Part shown: positions 13,948-27,745 of the stretch, piece after piece | Numbering within the stretch: position 1 is the first letter of the stretch | How the letters are laid out: each line of letters begins with the position of its first letter | Source: Proteromonas lacertae | Taxonomy: Eukaryota | Direction: 5' to 3' | Assembly: GCA_002245135.1 (NCBI GenBank) | Contig: NGBS01000584.1 | Coordinates: 124,001 to 188,000 of the forward strand | Length of the DNA stretch: 64,000 nt | Translations under genes and position numbers: made by a program | Notes under the pieces: generated by a model | The model's database searches: none | Told to the model about the DNA's origin: nothing | Seen by the model: the letters and a program-made list of their open reading frames with translations, nothing else

Positions 13948-16054
13948 ATGGGATTTCTAGGTCTTGGAGAGCCTTTGACTTATGAAGAATCTAAAAAAGT
14001 CATCTCTTATAGTATTATAATTACTTTATATTAAAACAGTTCGAGAGCACGGAATAACGCAATTTTTGAATATATACTCAGAAGTCAAAACTCACCGAGA
14101 TGATAAATTTCTTTGGGGTGATGAGGTATGTTATAAGTAATTATATTTAGATCGAATGTATAATTATTAAGAAAGATGAAGCAACAGGCTTATATAAGGT
14201 GTTATTGTGTTATGATGATCTTATTAAAAAGGTAACACGTGATGAAGAGTATGTTATAATTGTTTTTTACTAAATAGGGATAAAACTTCTTCGTTTCACC
14301 CAGAATATGCAGGTTATATGATAGAAGCCACTCCAAATAAGCCATATGGTAGTTTTATAGGTGATCTCTTAGAAGTGGAAAGAAATATGAATAGAAGAAG
14401 AAAAACTGTGTTAAAACATCTACCAAAAAATGCTCATATATTGTCTTCAGTTAATTTCCCATATATGGGAGTTGGTGATTTTACAATACCATCTTATAAA
14501 CCTCATGGACCAATTGCATTATCAGATACTGTACCAGATGAAATAATCAATTCTCATCCAAGATTTGCGTATATATCTTATTATTCATGTAATTAGGACA
14601 TTAACCAAGAATATTCGTTCAAGAAGAGGTGAAAAAGTGAATATCAATATGCCATTATTTCAAGACACTAATACAAAAGATGTTGAAAAAGGAATCGAAA
14701 TGGATTGCATGGGATATGGAATGGGTTGTTGTTGTTTACAAGTCACCTTTCAAGCTAGAGATTTGGATGAATCAAGAAAATTACATGATCAATTAACTGT
14801 TATTTCACCCATTATGTTGGCATTAACAGCTGCTTCACCTATTTGGCAAGGTAAATTATCTAATGTTGATACAAGATGGAATGTAATCAGCGAAAGTTGT
14901 GATGATAGAACCAAAGGAGAGAGAGGATTAGAACCATTAAAACCAGGTGAAAAATTAATACCAAAATCAAGATACAGTTCTATTGATTTATATATTGCTA
15001 ATACTGATAATAATAGACCTGAATATAATGATATTGAAGTACCAATAGATGAAGCATCATATAATAGATTAATCGAAGAAGGTGTTGATATGAGATTAGC
15101 TCGACATATTGCTCATTTATTTGTAAGAGATCCTTTGGTGGTATTTAGTGATAGAATATATGTGGATGATGAAAAAAGCTCTGAACATTTTGAAAATTTC
15201 CAAAGTACCAATTGGCAGAGTGCAAGGTGGAAACCTCCTCCACCAACTGGACCAGTGAATGGTTGGAGAGTTGAATTAAGAACAATGGAAGCACAATTAA
15301 CTGATTATGAAAATGCTGCTTTTACTATATTCACTGCTTTATTATCTAGAACTGTGTTATTCTTTGATTTGGATCTATATATTCCAATATCTAAAGTTGA
15401 TGAGAATATGGAAAGAGCTCATCACATTAATGCAGTGTTGACTGAAAAGTTCTGGTTTAAAAGACATATTGTAGCTTTACAGAATAAATGTAGTTGTTGT
15501 ACTCCAGTTACAACAGAAGAAGATGAATATGGAGAATTTACTGTTAAAGAAATACTTTTAGGTCATGTATAAAATACTCATTTTTTATTATGATTATATA
15601 GAATCGTAGTCCTGGATTAATTCCGTTAATATATGCATATTTAGATATTATAGGATGTAAAGGAAATGATTTATTAGTTATTCAATGTTATATGAAAGTT
15701 ATAATAAATAGAATAAATGGAACAACAATGACAACTGCTTCTTGGATTAGAGATTTCGTAATAAATCATGAAGATTATAAACATGATTCTGTTATAACGC
15801 CAGTTATCTTCAATGATTTGATGGAGAAGTTTATCGAATTTACTGAAAGTGGGAAATGTTGTTGTCATTTATTAGAAAGTTCATACAGTGGAGAACTTCC
15901 AGATGATAAAGTTGAAGCTGAGAATATTTTGAAGGTAAGAATGAGAGGTCAAAGTTTTCATGATGAAATATCTTGTGATAAATGTAAAGAAATAAGTGAA
16001 TTAATTGAATCAAAAAGAGAAGAATTTGAATCTTCTGATAAAATAGAACTGTAA
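13948..16054 (+). CDS. GCLC: Glutamate-cysteine ligase catalytic subunit
   Basis: MGFLGLGEPL start, FLWGDE, MIEATP, MDCMGYGMGCCCLQVTFQA, HFENFQSTNWQ and GWRVELRTMEAQLTDYENAAF; multi-exon. Confidence 0.95.
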
Positions 16055-16193
16055 TAGTTTATTACTTTCATAATATTTGTTATTTTTTTGTTTTAACAAT
16101 TCATTAAAAATTAATTGCATGATTTCAATATATTTCTTTTTATCTAAACAAAGAAAATAATAACAAAAATAATATTTTTAAAAAGAATAATGT

Positions 16194-19100
16194 TTAGTGA
16201 GTTTTTCTATACTCTTGAACTAATTTATGATATAAACTATCTTCATTTTCTTCCAATTTGGAAGGAGTATCAAATTCTTTTAATTCACCACTTTCCATTA
16301 CCATCACTTTATCACTCTCTAAGATTGTATTTATTCTATGAGCAACTGTTAATACTGTTCTATCTTTGAAATGATTGGTTATTGTATCTTGAATTAAACT
16401 ATCTGTTTTTATATCAATTGAAGAAGTAGCTTCATCCATTACTATTATCTTACATTTTCTTATCATTGCTCTTGCTATACATAACAGTTGTTGTTGACCT
16501 AAACTCAAATTACTTCCTTTTTCTAACACTGTTGCTTCTAATCCACCCATTTCATTGATTAAATCTTTTATATGACAACTTTCTAAGATATTCCATATTT
16601 CAACATCATTATATTTTCTAAATGGATCTATATTATCTCTTATTGTTCCACTAAATAAGATTGGTTCTTGAGGAATTACTGAGATTTCTTCTCTTAAATA
16701 ATGAATTGGTATATCTTTGATATTTATATCATCGATTATTATATCACCTTCTTCATAATCCACTATTCTTAATAAAGCTAATAATAATGAACTTTTACCA
16801 CTTCCTGTCCTTCCAACTATACCTATCTTATCTTCACCATTTATATGACAACTAACACTCTTTAAAACTGGTTCTAATCCCTTTCTATATCTCATTTTCA
16901 ACTTATTAATATCAATTTCACCTTTACTTGGCCAATTCTCTTTCTTTTCATATTTTTCATCAGGATTACATTCTTTAGGTGTATTTATATACTCTTTTAC
17001 TCTTTCTACTGATACAATATTTGTTTCTCTATCGCTTGTCATTCTAACCAGCCAATTCAAGGCTTGAGTTACATTTAATGCATATGATAATGATAAAGCA
17101 GCTGTTTTAGTAAAATCAGGATCTCCATGTTTTATAACTGCTAATATTGAAGCACCTAAGATTATTAAAGCACCTGAGAATTCTAATCTTATTCCCAACC
17201 AACAGTTAGCAGAAAAAGTGATAAAATAGGATGATAAACTGTTATTCACTTTCATCTCATTTTCTTTTATAAATCTAGATTGATGTTTATAAGCTCTAAT
17301 TGTTGAAACTCCTGTTAAAGTCTCTGAAAAATGAGCATAAATAGGTGAATTACTGATGGATTCTAATCTCTTAATTTCTCTAGAACTTCTTAAGTAATAT
17401 TCTTGACTTAAGTAATAAATGATATACACTGGTATAATAACCAAAGCAAACCAAGGAGTAGCATATATAATAACAACTACTGTAGATAATACTTGACAAA
17501 AACAACTAATATATTGATCGAATGTATATGGTAAAGTTTGATCAATTGTATCCATTTCTTTACTAAATCTGTTGATGATTCTTCCCATTGGAGTTGTGTC
17601 AAAGAATGACATTGGTAAATACAATATATTTTCTAACAAACTAGTATGTAATTTCTATAATATTAATAATAAATAAATATATATATATTTATATACTTTC
17701 GATGCTAATAAGCCAGCAATATATAGTATAATAACTCTTAATGATACACTAATAACATTGGCTAAAGCAAAGACTAAATAAATAGTCAAATAATAAGTAG
17801 TTGAATTTTTAGGAGTTTCTTTCTCAGATTCAGAAGACCATTCAGACAACCACAAATTATCACCAACAACAACACCTTCAGCAATAACATATAATATTAA
17901 TACAAAAATCATCATTACATAGCCTCCACCTGCTTTTATATATGTTCTATATACATTCCATCCAACTTTACCTATTGCTCTTTCTTCTAATGTAATTAAT
18001 TCATGATCTTTTTTTTCTTCACCTAATTGAATATCATCTACATTATCAATTTGTTGAATTTTTATCATTTGTGATTTTAGTTTTTCTTCATTATCAATAT
18101 CTACATCAATATTTTCAACTGCTATTGTTGATGATTCTGTTTTTGTTCCATCTGTAATTGCTGTTGATGATAATGTTTCATTTTCTGTTTTTAGTTTTGC
18201 TTCTGCATCAGCTTTTGCCTTTTCCTTTTCTGATTTCTTATGTAATTCGTCAATAAATGATTTGAATAAACTTGAATCTTTCATTAATTCATCATAACTA
18301 CCTTCTGCAACTATTCTATTATCTTCTAACACAACAATTCTATCAACTTCATTCAAATATTCAACAGCATTTGTCACTAATAAAACAATTCTATTATTTA
18401 AACCTTTCTTTATTGCATTATTGAATATGTGTTTGCCAACATGAACATCTACAGCACTTAATATATCATCTAATAAATAAATATCACTATCACTGTATAA
18501 TGCTCTTGCTAAACTGATTCTTGCTCTTTGACCACCACTTAAATTAATACCTTTCTCTCCAATTTCAGTTAAATCACGATTTGGAAGAATATCTAAATCT
18601 GGAACTAATCCACAATTGTATAACACTTCTTTATATTTATGAGGATTGAATTCTTTACCAAACACGATATTATCTCTTAATGAATTATTCTGAATAAATG
18701 GAGTTTGTGATGAATATGCGATTCTTCCACTATAATTGATTTTACCTTCAATCATCCTAATATCTCCTAAGATTGTCTGTAAAAATGAACTTTTACCACA
18801 TCCAACTGAACCAACTATTGCTACTAATTGTGGTTTATCAACTTTGAAGTTAATATTTTGTAAAACAACATGATCTTTTGGTGTTAATGGACTAGCTGGA
18901 GATACTACAACATTTTCAGGTGATTTCGGAGATTTAGGTGAAATAACAGCATCAGGAGCTTTTTCCCATTCAAAAGTACCATTCTCAATACTAATTCTAG
19001 CATTTCCATCTTTTAATTCTTCAATTGGAATTAATTCATTACATTCTAAGAACTGTTGAATTCTTCTCACTGATACCATTGCTTCAGCAATATGATTAAT

Positions 19101-20356
19101 TACATCAGGCAACATTGCAATAGGAAATTGAAGAATATTAAACAATGATAAACTGGTAAATGCTTTTGATACTGTTAATTCATTTCCTAAACCAATATAC
19201 ATACCAAATGAAGCAGCTCCAACTAATGCTGGTGATGCACCCCATACAGCTCCTGATATAGCATTGAAGAAAGTTGCTCTATATTAATATATTATAATAA
19301 TATAATATTATATACTTTAATAAATAAGCTAATTCAGACAATCTCAATTTGGTGATAAGATTCACAAAATTCTTTTCCCACACTTGTAATTTGATGATTT
19401 TTATACCATTTAATACTTCATTCAATGATTTTATTCTTTCATCTTTCACTTTCATGATTAATACTTGAAAATGTTCCAACATCTTTGCTACTAAAGCACT
19501 TAAAGGAATCATCAAAACAATCACAGCAACACCACCAAAAGTTGCCCATCCCAATTGAAACCATAATAGGACCAATGATACAATAATTTGAAACGGACCA
19601 CTCCATATTGTTTGTAGATATCCTGTTAGATTTTGAAGTTTCATCCCATCAACTGACATTAGGTTGTTAATTTGTCCACTTGTGTATTTTGACCTTGCCG
19701 ATGTGTTTAATCGTAGAGATTTCTCGTATACACTTGTAATAACGGAGGATCTCAATAACATACCAACTCTGTAACAATTATAAAAATAATGTCTTAAACA
19801 TAGACTTTGTATGATAGAACAGACAAATAAAATAATACATATAACAGCACCATAAGACTATTGATATTAAAAATAATAGAATTATGTAAATACTTTATCT
19901 TTTGATTCATCATTCATGAATTCAATCAATAAATTAAGCGCTATAGGTCCAACAAACTGCATTATATCATGGATTAGTTTTAAAAACGCTGCAAATAGAT
20001 AGTCTTTACCATATGCTGAAGCTAAGGCCATACCTAAAGATGGTCTATTTTTATATTAGATTTATAAAAATAATACTTCTTTTTCTTTGATTGCTTTTCC
20101 CATGCTTTAGAAAAGGATGATTTCAGTCCTTCTGCAGAATCACTTGGGCTAATAAATAGAGTAATGTAATTATACGCCAATGGTGGTAGATCTTCAAATT
20201 GTAATGGTCTTTTATTACCCAATCTCAACAATGGTTTAATCCAGTTAAACAATAATTTGGAAAACCACCCAGCTTTTGAAACATCCGATTCAATTCTCCT
20301 ATTTAAATAGATAAAATGCTATACGGATTAGGCTCTTTACTCTCAAAACACTTCAT
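16194..20356 (-). CDS. ABCC/MRP-family full ABC transporter
   Basis: Two TMD+NBD halves. Walker A motifs GSVGCGKSS and GRTGSGKSS, signatures LSGGQRARISLARA and LSLGQQQL, plus FFDTTPMGRIINRFSK. Confidence 0.95.
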
Positions 20357-20531
20357 TTTAAAATGAGGTTTGATTTTTATCAAGCAATTGTAAACTTATT
20401 TTGTCGTTTCAAACTTCAAAAAAAACACATACTTTTAAATCTAGTGGTTAATTGTATTTAACAATATATATACAGAAAACACTGCAAAATTAACCAATTT
20501 AAATTATCTTTACAATGAAACACTATTATTC

Positions 20532-22234
20532 TTATATATCTACCCACTGTATGTCTTGTTCGATATAACCCTTTTTATTGACAACACTTCTTTTGCAAAG
20601 CGGACACAATGAACTGTTATACAGCCATTCCATGATACAATTAGTGTGATAAATATGTTGACAAGGTAATACTTTTACTTTATCTCTTTCGATAAAATCT
20701 ATTAAACAAATTGTGCAAGTATTCTGGTTATGAAAATCTTTTAAATTATAATCCAATTCTTTTATTTTTCTGATTTGAGACATTGTCAAACCTCTTACTA
20801 ATTCTTCATCTGTTGCTGTTGCTACAACTGTTGCACCTCCTCTAAAATAGATTACACCATCAGATATAGATGCAATATTTAAAAAGTTATTCTTATAGCA
20901 ACATTTTATTGTAGAACAACAGCATATTAACGAAATTAATACACATGAGGCAATGGCTGCATATTTGTATAAGTAATATTGAATAGGCAAGGGAAAATCC
21001 TCAATCATTGATGAATCTAAATACAAATAATATAATTTGTGACTATAATGAGGACTTTGACCAGTAATAAAGATTAACTTAAAATATCGAATTAATAATA
21101 ACTAAATATAATAATAAAAAAAAGATATATATTATCATTCTCATTTATATCTAATATAGTTGCCATCACATTAATATGTTCTACATTCAACTAATAATTA
21201 AATTAATAATCATATATTTATTATACTCTTTTCCATTTGGGTTTGTGATTTCCATTAAAATCTACATTCATACATAAGATTTCTGTAGCTTGATGAAATG
21301 AATTATATCCACTAAATATAATCATATATTCACGCCATTGAATTGCTGAAGAATCATATCGATTAAATTGATAATCATTCTATCATATACATATTTTATA
21401 AATAAATACAATTTCATTGATTGTAATCCAACTATTTGTTCTAAATGAATATTGCCAAATATCATTCAGAAATATATGCTGAGTTGTGGAAGTAATTGTA
21501 TAAATTCCTGAAAATACTGTATAATAACAACTATTTTCTTTACAGTATAATGATCCTACATGTTTATATCTAGCTGGTGGACTTGGTTCTGTCTTTATAA
21601 AATCCCATCTTTCCTCTGTTAAATTGTAATACCAAATTCTTCTATCTAATTCATCAGAATCACTCTTTCCTCCATATACATATACAGTATCGTCAATCAC
21701 AAACATGTCATGATATGTCCTTCCTCCTGGATTGGTCTATAAGAATATAAAATAGAAAGAATTTGAAATACTTGATTGTTGGGTAATTGTTTGTAAGTGT
21801 TGGATGAAATATTATACATTATTAATGTATTATTGTTATATAAACTATTTTCACACATCCCTCCATAAAATATTATGCATCCTTCATAAACTCCTTTCTT
21901 TATAACAACCTATAATAGTGTAAATGAACAAAAATAAGTATACAGACTTTTGTAATACACAATGAGTAAAATTCAAAGTCTCATATTCGATATAACTTAA
22001 TTGAGGGATGTCTTTAGTATTAATAACAAAAGATGGTGTTACATAAGTAATATTTGGCACAGTCTCATTCACTCCCCCAAAACCATACAGATGATCCTTA
22101 TAAATGACTCCTGTCGCTGATAATCTTTGTGTAATATAATGATCTGGTTCTATTTCAGGAACAGTTCTCCAATATATGTGAGACTTACAAAAGCAGATAT
22201 AGAAGAAATAAAACAAGAAATACAAGAAATACAT
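20532..22234 (-). CDS. Signal peptide + Kelch-repeat ectodomain + TM + RING-H2 E3 ligase
   Basis: Hydrophobic N-terminus, Kelch blades (LYGFGG, IIFYGG, VYVYGG, TVFSG), a TM segment, and CTICLIDF...LPCQHIYHTNCIMEWL...CPLC. Confidence 0.8.
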
Positions 22235-22288
22235 TTTTTTGTTGTTAAACTTAAAACACAAACAAGATCTCAATAATATATAATAAAA

Positions 22289-23171
22289 TTAATTAGTCTC
22301 ATTAGCTGTAGCACTAGCAGAATTAGAAGCACTAAGTTCAGCTGTTACTTTCTCAACCCATTCCTTATTCTTGAATGTATCTCCTGGCCAAGCTTTCTAT
22401 AAATTAAATAAAGAAAATATTATACTTGCCAATATTTCATAGGATCATATTTATCTTTATTCTTAATACGATCTTCCATAACTGGTCTAAAATGATTAAT
22501 TAAACCTTGAACTGGCCAAGAAGCAGCATCACCCAAAGCACATATAGTATTACCATCAATTGATTTAGTATAATGCATTAATTGATCGATCTGTTCAATT
22601 GTAGCTTCACCTTTCTCCATAGCATTCATCATTATCTCTAAAACAGGTGTTCCTTCTCTACATGGCGTACATTGTCCACAACTCTCATGTGCATAAAAGT
22701 GTGATAAACGACGAATAGCCGCGATCATATCTACACTCTTATCCATTACAATAACACCTGCTGAACCTAATCCACTTCCTACTTTACCTAAATCATCATA
22801 ATCCATTAATATATCTTCACATATGTCTTTAGTAATACATCGTACTGATGAACCACCTGGTATTACAGCTTGTAAGTTATCCCAACCACCTCTAATTCCT
22901 CCACAATGTTTTTCTAATAGTTCTTTTAATGGAATACTCATTTCTTCTTCTACTACACATGGGTTATTTACATTGCCAGATACAGCGAATATCTTAGTAC
23001 CTGAGTTACGTGGTCTACCAAAGGAAGCGAACCATTTACTACCTCTTCTTAGGATTTCAGGGGATGATGCAATTGTTTCAACATTATTAACAGTAGTTGG
23101 ACAACCGTATAAACCTGAATTGGCTGGGAATGGTGGCTTCAGACGAGGTTTACCCTATTAATATAAGTATA

Positions 23172-23203
<32 letters not shown>

Positions 23204-24221
23204 TATATATATATATATATCAGATTAGCATGACCATATTATTTATCATCATCATAATTCTTTATTCAAGTGATAAAATGAGAAGATTTTTATGGTTTTT
23301 CATCATTTATAGATAATTATAATTATATTCAGATTAGCATCAATATTGTCACCATATATAAATATATATCAGATGAGCCGAGATAATAACATCATAAATA
23401 TGATAAGTATAATATATATATATACTTGTTTACCTTCAATACTCTCCAATAAAGCTGATTCTTCACCACAAATATAAGCACCAGCTCCTCTATGAACAAA
23501 TACATCAAAATCATAACCACTTCCACAGGCATTTCTACCTATCAAATGTGCTTTATAAGCTTCATGAATAGCTTCTTCTAATATTACACTTTCATTATAA
23601 AATTCACCTCTTATATAAATATAAGCTGCTCTTGCTCTCATTGCATAACCAGCTATTAATGCTCCTTCTATTAATCTGTGGGGATCTTTACGTATGATTT
23701 CTCGATCTTTACATGTACCTGGTTCTGATTCATCTGCATTTACTACTAAGTAATTTGGTCTGCCATCTACACTTTGTTTTGGCATGAAACTCCATTTCAT
23801 TCCTGTTGGAAAACCTGCACCACCTCTACCTCTTAAACCAGATTGTTTTATCTCATTTACAATTACATCTGGTCCAAGCCACATAAGATCTTTAGTTTTG
23901 TACCAAACTCCTCTTTTTAATGCAGCTGGTAATCTCCAATCATATTTACCTAATAAATTTGTGAAAATACGATCGCAATCCTAACAAAGTATTACAATAA
24001 TTCATAAATTGATTATAATATACTTTTAAACCTCCATAATGTCTAACTGGAACAGATGCACCTTGATTAGGTGTATCTGCAAATGAACGAACTGCTGTAG
24101 CACCTAAATTACCAAAGATTACACTACTATTTCTGGCTATTCACAATTAGATAAATAATGATAAAATAGATTGATTTATACCATATTTAGATATTGATAA
24201 TAATCTTCTACCACCAATCAT
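22289..24221 (-). CDS. NDUFV1: Complex I 51-kDa NADH-binding subunit (NuoF)
   Basis: [58 protein letters not shown] and TICALGD. Has an N-terminal presequence-like leader and a 271-nt intron at 23155-23425. Confidence 0.97.
23216..23310 (-). ncRNA. Intronic box C/D snoRNA candidate, probable U6 snRNA guide
   Basis: C box ATGATGA (23306-23300), an internal ATGATGA and D box CTGA (23223-23220). The guide GGTCATGCTAAT is complementary to U6 AUUAGCAUGGCC. Confidence 0.7.
23325..23399 (-). ncRNA. Intronic box C/D snoRNA candidate
   Basis: ATGATGT (C), CTGA (D'), ATGGTGA (C') and CTGA (D) occur in canonical order within ~70 nt of the NDUFV1 long intron. Confidence 0.6.
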
Positions 24222-24595
24222 CGAAAATAAAGAAAACCCTACAACAGATTATTTTTTCTAAAAAGTCCTATTTAAATTGAATGAGGTTTGAGAAAAAAGA
24301 TTCTGACGAGTTGGTTCTATTTAATCAATTTTTCATCATAGATAGAAAGGAGTTGGAAGTGGTTTTGGAAATTATAAAGGTTTTAATATATAATTAGTCT
24401 ATTAGTGCAATAATAATAAATATGTTGAATGATTTCATAATCGAAACTGTAATCAGGTTCCATTTCATATATTTTACTTGAAAATACCTTATAAATGCTG
24501 ATCATAATAATTATGAATGATTTTCTTTGATAAATGATTTCTAAAATCTGCCTGATTGAGTTTTCTTATAAGATATTTTACCATATGATGCAAGA

Positions 24596-26408
24596 ATGCA
24601 TTTTGGGAAAAAGAGTTCTGCAAAATTCATATCAACAATAAGCTATAGAACAAAAACAGAGAGTATGAAAAAGTTCATTGTATTTCTTTATGTGATGTAT
24701 ATTTTTTTAGAATATCACCCCCGGTGAAAAGAAGGCTGTATTTATATGTGCCCCTATTATTTTCTAGTTTGTAGAGAGTCATGAATATGATGATCATATG
24801 AAAGTATCAATCAATTCAATTTGACATGTTTATAGGGTGTAGAAGAAACAAAAGATAGGTTTAAGATAGTTTCTTGGAATGTAAATGGTATCCGTGCTAT
24901 ATTTAAACAAGAAAGGTTAATCCAGGTATAGCAATCTATTTTTACAATAGACATATGTACATCGTGAAGCACCAGATGTAATATTTATACAGGAGCTCAA
25001 AATACAACCTGATATTGCAGGTCAATTTGAAGACTTGTTCGATGGGTATGAATATTGCTTTAAATTGATAGATACACTGGTCATTTTAACTGTTGTGCAG
25101 ATAAGCAAAAGAAAGGTTATTCAGGAGTTGCAGTATATACAAAAACTGATCCAATTAAAGTGATTAAAGGAATTGGAGATAAAAATGTATTTTAATAATT
25201 TATGTATTTTTTATAATTATAGTTGGATTTAGAAGGTCGTGTAATCACTGTAGAATACGAAAAGTTCTATTTAATGGGATGTTATATACCAAACAGTGGT
25301 CAAAACTTAGAAAGATTAGAGTATAGAACAAAAACTTGGGATAAAGCATTAAGAGAGTTTATTTTGAACTTAGAAAAAACAAAACCAGTTGTATATATAT
25401 ATATATATAATATAATTGTATATTTAATAGATTACTACAGGTGATATGAATGTTGTTCATCAAGATGATGATTTGTTCAATTGTGCATCAAATTACAATA
25501 AAGTTGCAGGTAATTGTGAAGGTGAAAAATTGAACTTTACTGAATTATTAAAGAATGGTTATGTTGATGCATTTCGTGCTTTATATCCAGATACTGTGAA
25601 ATATTCATATTTCTCTTATCGTGGTACAGCAAAGAAAGATAAAAAGGGATGGAGATTGGATTATTTCATTGTTTCACATAAGTTATTAGATATTGTAGAT
25701 GATTCAATGATTAGAGATGATATGATTGGTAGTGATCATTGTCCAATTGTTTTGACATTATTTACAGGAGATAAAAAGAGAGAAACACCATTGAAAATAC
25801 CTGAATTACCAACATCACCTGTTCCAAAAGGATATAAAGGCAAAGGTACAGCAAAGAAAACAGAAGAAAAACCAAAGAAGGAAAAACCAAAGAAAGAAGA
25901 AAATAATGATGATAAAAAAGAAGAAAAAGAAGAAGAAAAAGAAGAAGAAAAAGAAGAAGAAAAAGAAGAGCAAGAAGAAGAACCAAAGAAAAGACCAAAA
26001 AGAGCAGCTGCTACTAAAAAGCCAAGAAAAGAAAAGAAATATGATTTTGATGAAGATGATGATGATGAGAAATATAATAATAAAAAGTCAAATGATGATG
26101 ATGAAGAAGATTATGATGATGATGACGATGATGATGGTAAAAGCAAAAGTAAAAAGAAACAACCCAAAAGAGGAAGAGGAAAGAAAGCCAAGAAAGGAAG
26201 TGATGATGATGATGAAGATGAAGATTATGAAAAAGCAGCAAGAAAACCAAAGAAGAAGGCAGCTGCAAAAAAATCAAAAGCTAAGAAAGATGATGATGAA
26301 GAGGAGGAGGAGAAAGAGAAAGATGAAGGAGAAGATGATAAAGTAACGAAGAGAAAAGCTAAAGATGATGTTGAATCTGAGAAGAAAAGTAAAAAATCAA
26401 AGAATTAG
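24596..26408 (+). CDS. APEX1: Exonuclease III / APE1-family AP endonuclease with long charged C-terminal tail
   Basis: IVSWNVNGIRA, IFIQELK, GYSGVA, EGRVIT, YIPNSG, GDMNV, GWRLDYF and GSDHCP across many short introns. In-frame ATGs at 24596 and 24665. Confidence 0.93.
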
Positions 26409-26507
26409 AATATTATAAAAAGAATATTAATGAATTATTGTATTATGACGAATAAATAAACGTTGTTATATCTATCTAAAACACAGAATTAAAAAAATAA
26501 AGTAAAA

Positions 26508-27658
26508 TTATAAAAACTTTCTACTTGTTTTCTTCAATAATATTAGCACAATTATTACATAGAATAAATAAATAACGTAACTCAAAATTTGATCAACAAT
26601 TGATGAATCATTAACCACAACACCATTTTGTTGTTGATTTACATTTATTTGCTGTACAAATTGCTGTAAGTGATGATTTTGATTCTCAATTGGTTGTGGA
26701 AGAGGTGTATTTGGAGTTGTAGATGATGTATTTGAAGTTGAAGTTGAAGAATTGACATTCCTGTGTCTTAATTCTGATTTAATTGATTCTGATTCATTAT
26801 TTGTTGATGTAGATGGTATAGATGGAGGAGGAGGTTGTAAAATTTCAGTGGATGGAGTTGAATTTTTCATATTTTCAACTGGAGTTGATGTAGATGGAGT
26901 AGCTTGAGAAGGAGATTGTTCAATTTCTTTATTTATTGCTGTTTCATCATTCTCACCACCATCTTCATGTTCTTTCAAAATTGATTCATCTACAACACCA
27001 GGATCTTTAGTTGACAATTCGTTAATTACATTTCCATATGTTAACTTAAACTCATCTTTATTTAGAGGTGGAATTAACTCTGATATTTTACCACATTTGG
27101 GACATTCATAATCTACAGACAGTTTCGCTAATCTTTTTCGTTCTTCTACTGGATAATCTAATGATCCTATTGCACCTTCACCTGGTGAAGGAAGAAAGCT
27201 GATAATTGCTTCTAAAATTGTTCTAACTATAAAATATTAAATGAAATGTCATTAAATACTTCCCCATGCTGGTTGCCATAATTCAGGATGATATGATGAT
27301 ATACTCAAACATATTTTCTTTTTTGTTTCAAATCTTCCATTTGGCTAATCGATAGATATAATGAATTTATACAGTTAAAACAATGATTGATGGTGGTTTT
27401 AATGGATAATCTGATGGGAGTATTATCCTACCGTGGTATATTCCTCCTTCAAATTCAGTATCTGGAGGACCACGGATAGTGAAATGCCATTCAAACATAT
27501 TTTCCTATATGTAAAATACAATTATTAATCCATTATACCTCTAATGGTTGACCTTGCATCATTCCACTCTTATCCTCTTTTAACTCGCGAATATCCTAAA
27601 TTGAAAGCATAATAATATTAAATACAGCAAAAATTCTCTTCTTAGCAGGACTGCTCAT
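26508..27658 (-). CDS. UBE2J1: Ubiquitin-conjugating enzyme E2 J1/Ubc6, tail-anchored
   Basis: [51 protein letters not shown] and a C-terminal TM helix. Confidence 0.92.
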
Positions 27659-27745
27659 AGATAATTATGCTTTTTAAAAAAATCGAAAATTTGGATCAGA
27701 TCAGGGACTCTAACTGCTTTAAAATCTCATTCATTTTAAATCATT

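Noticed and set aside
25762..26346. Poly-K/M/H/L ORFs overlapping APE1
   Set aside because: Shadow frames of the low-complexity charged tail.
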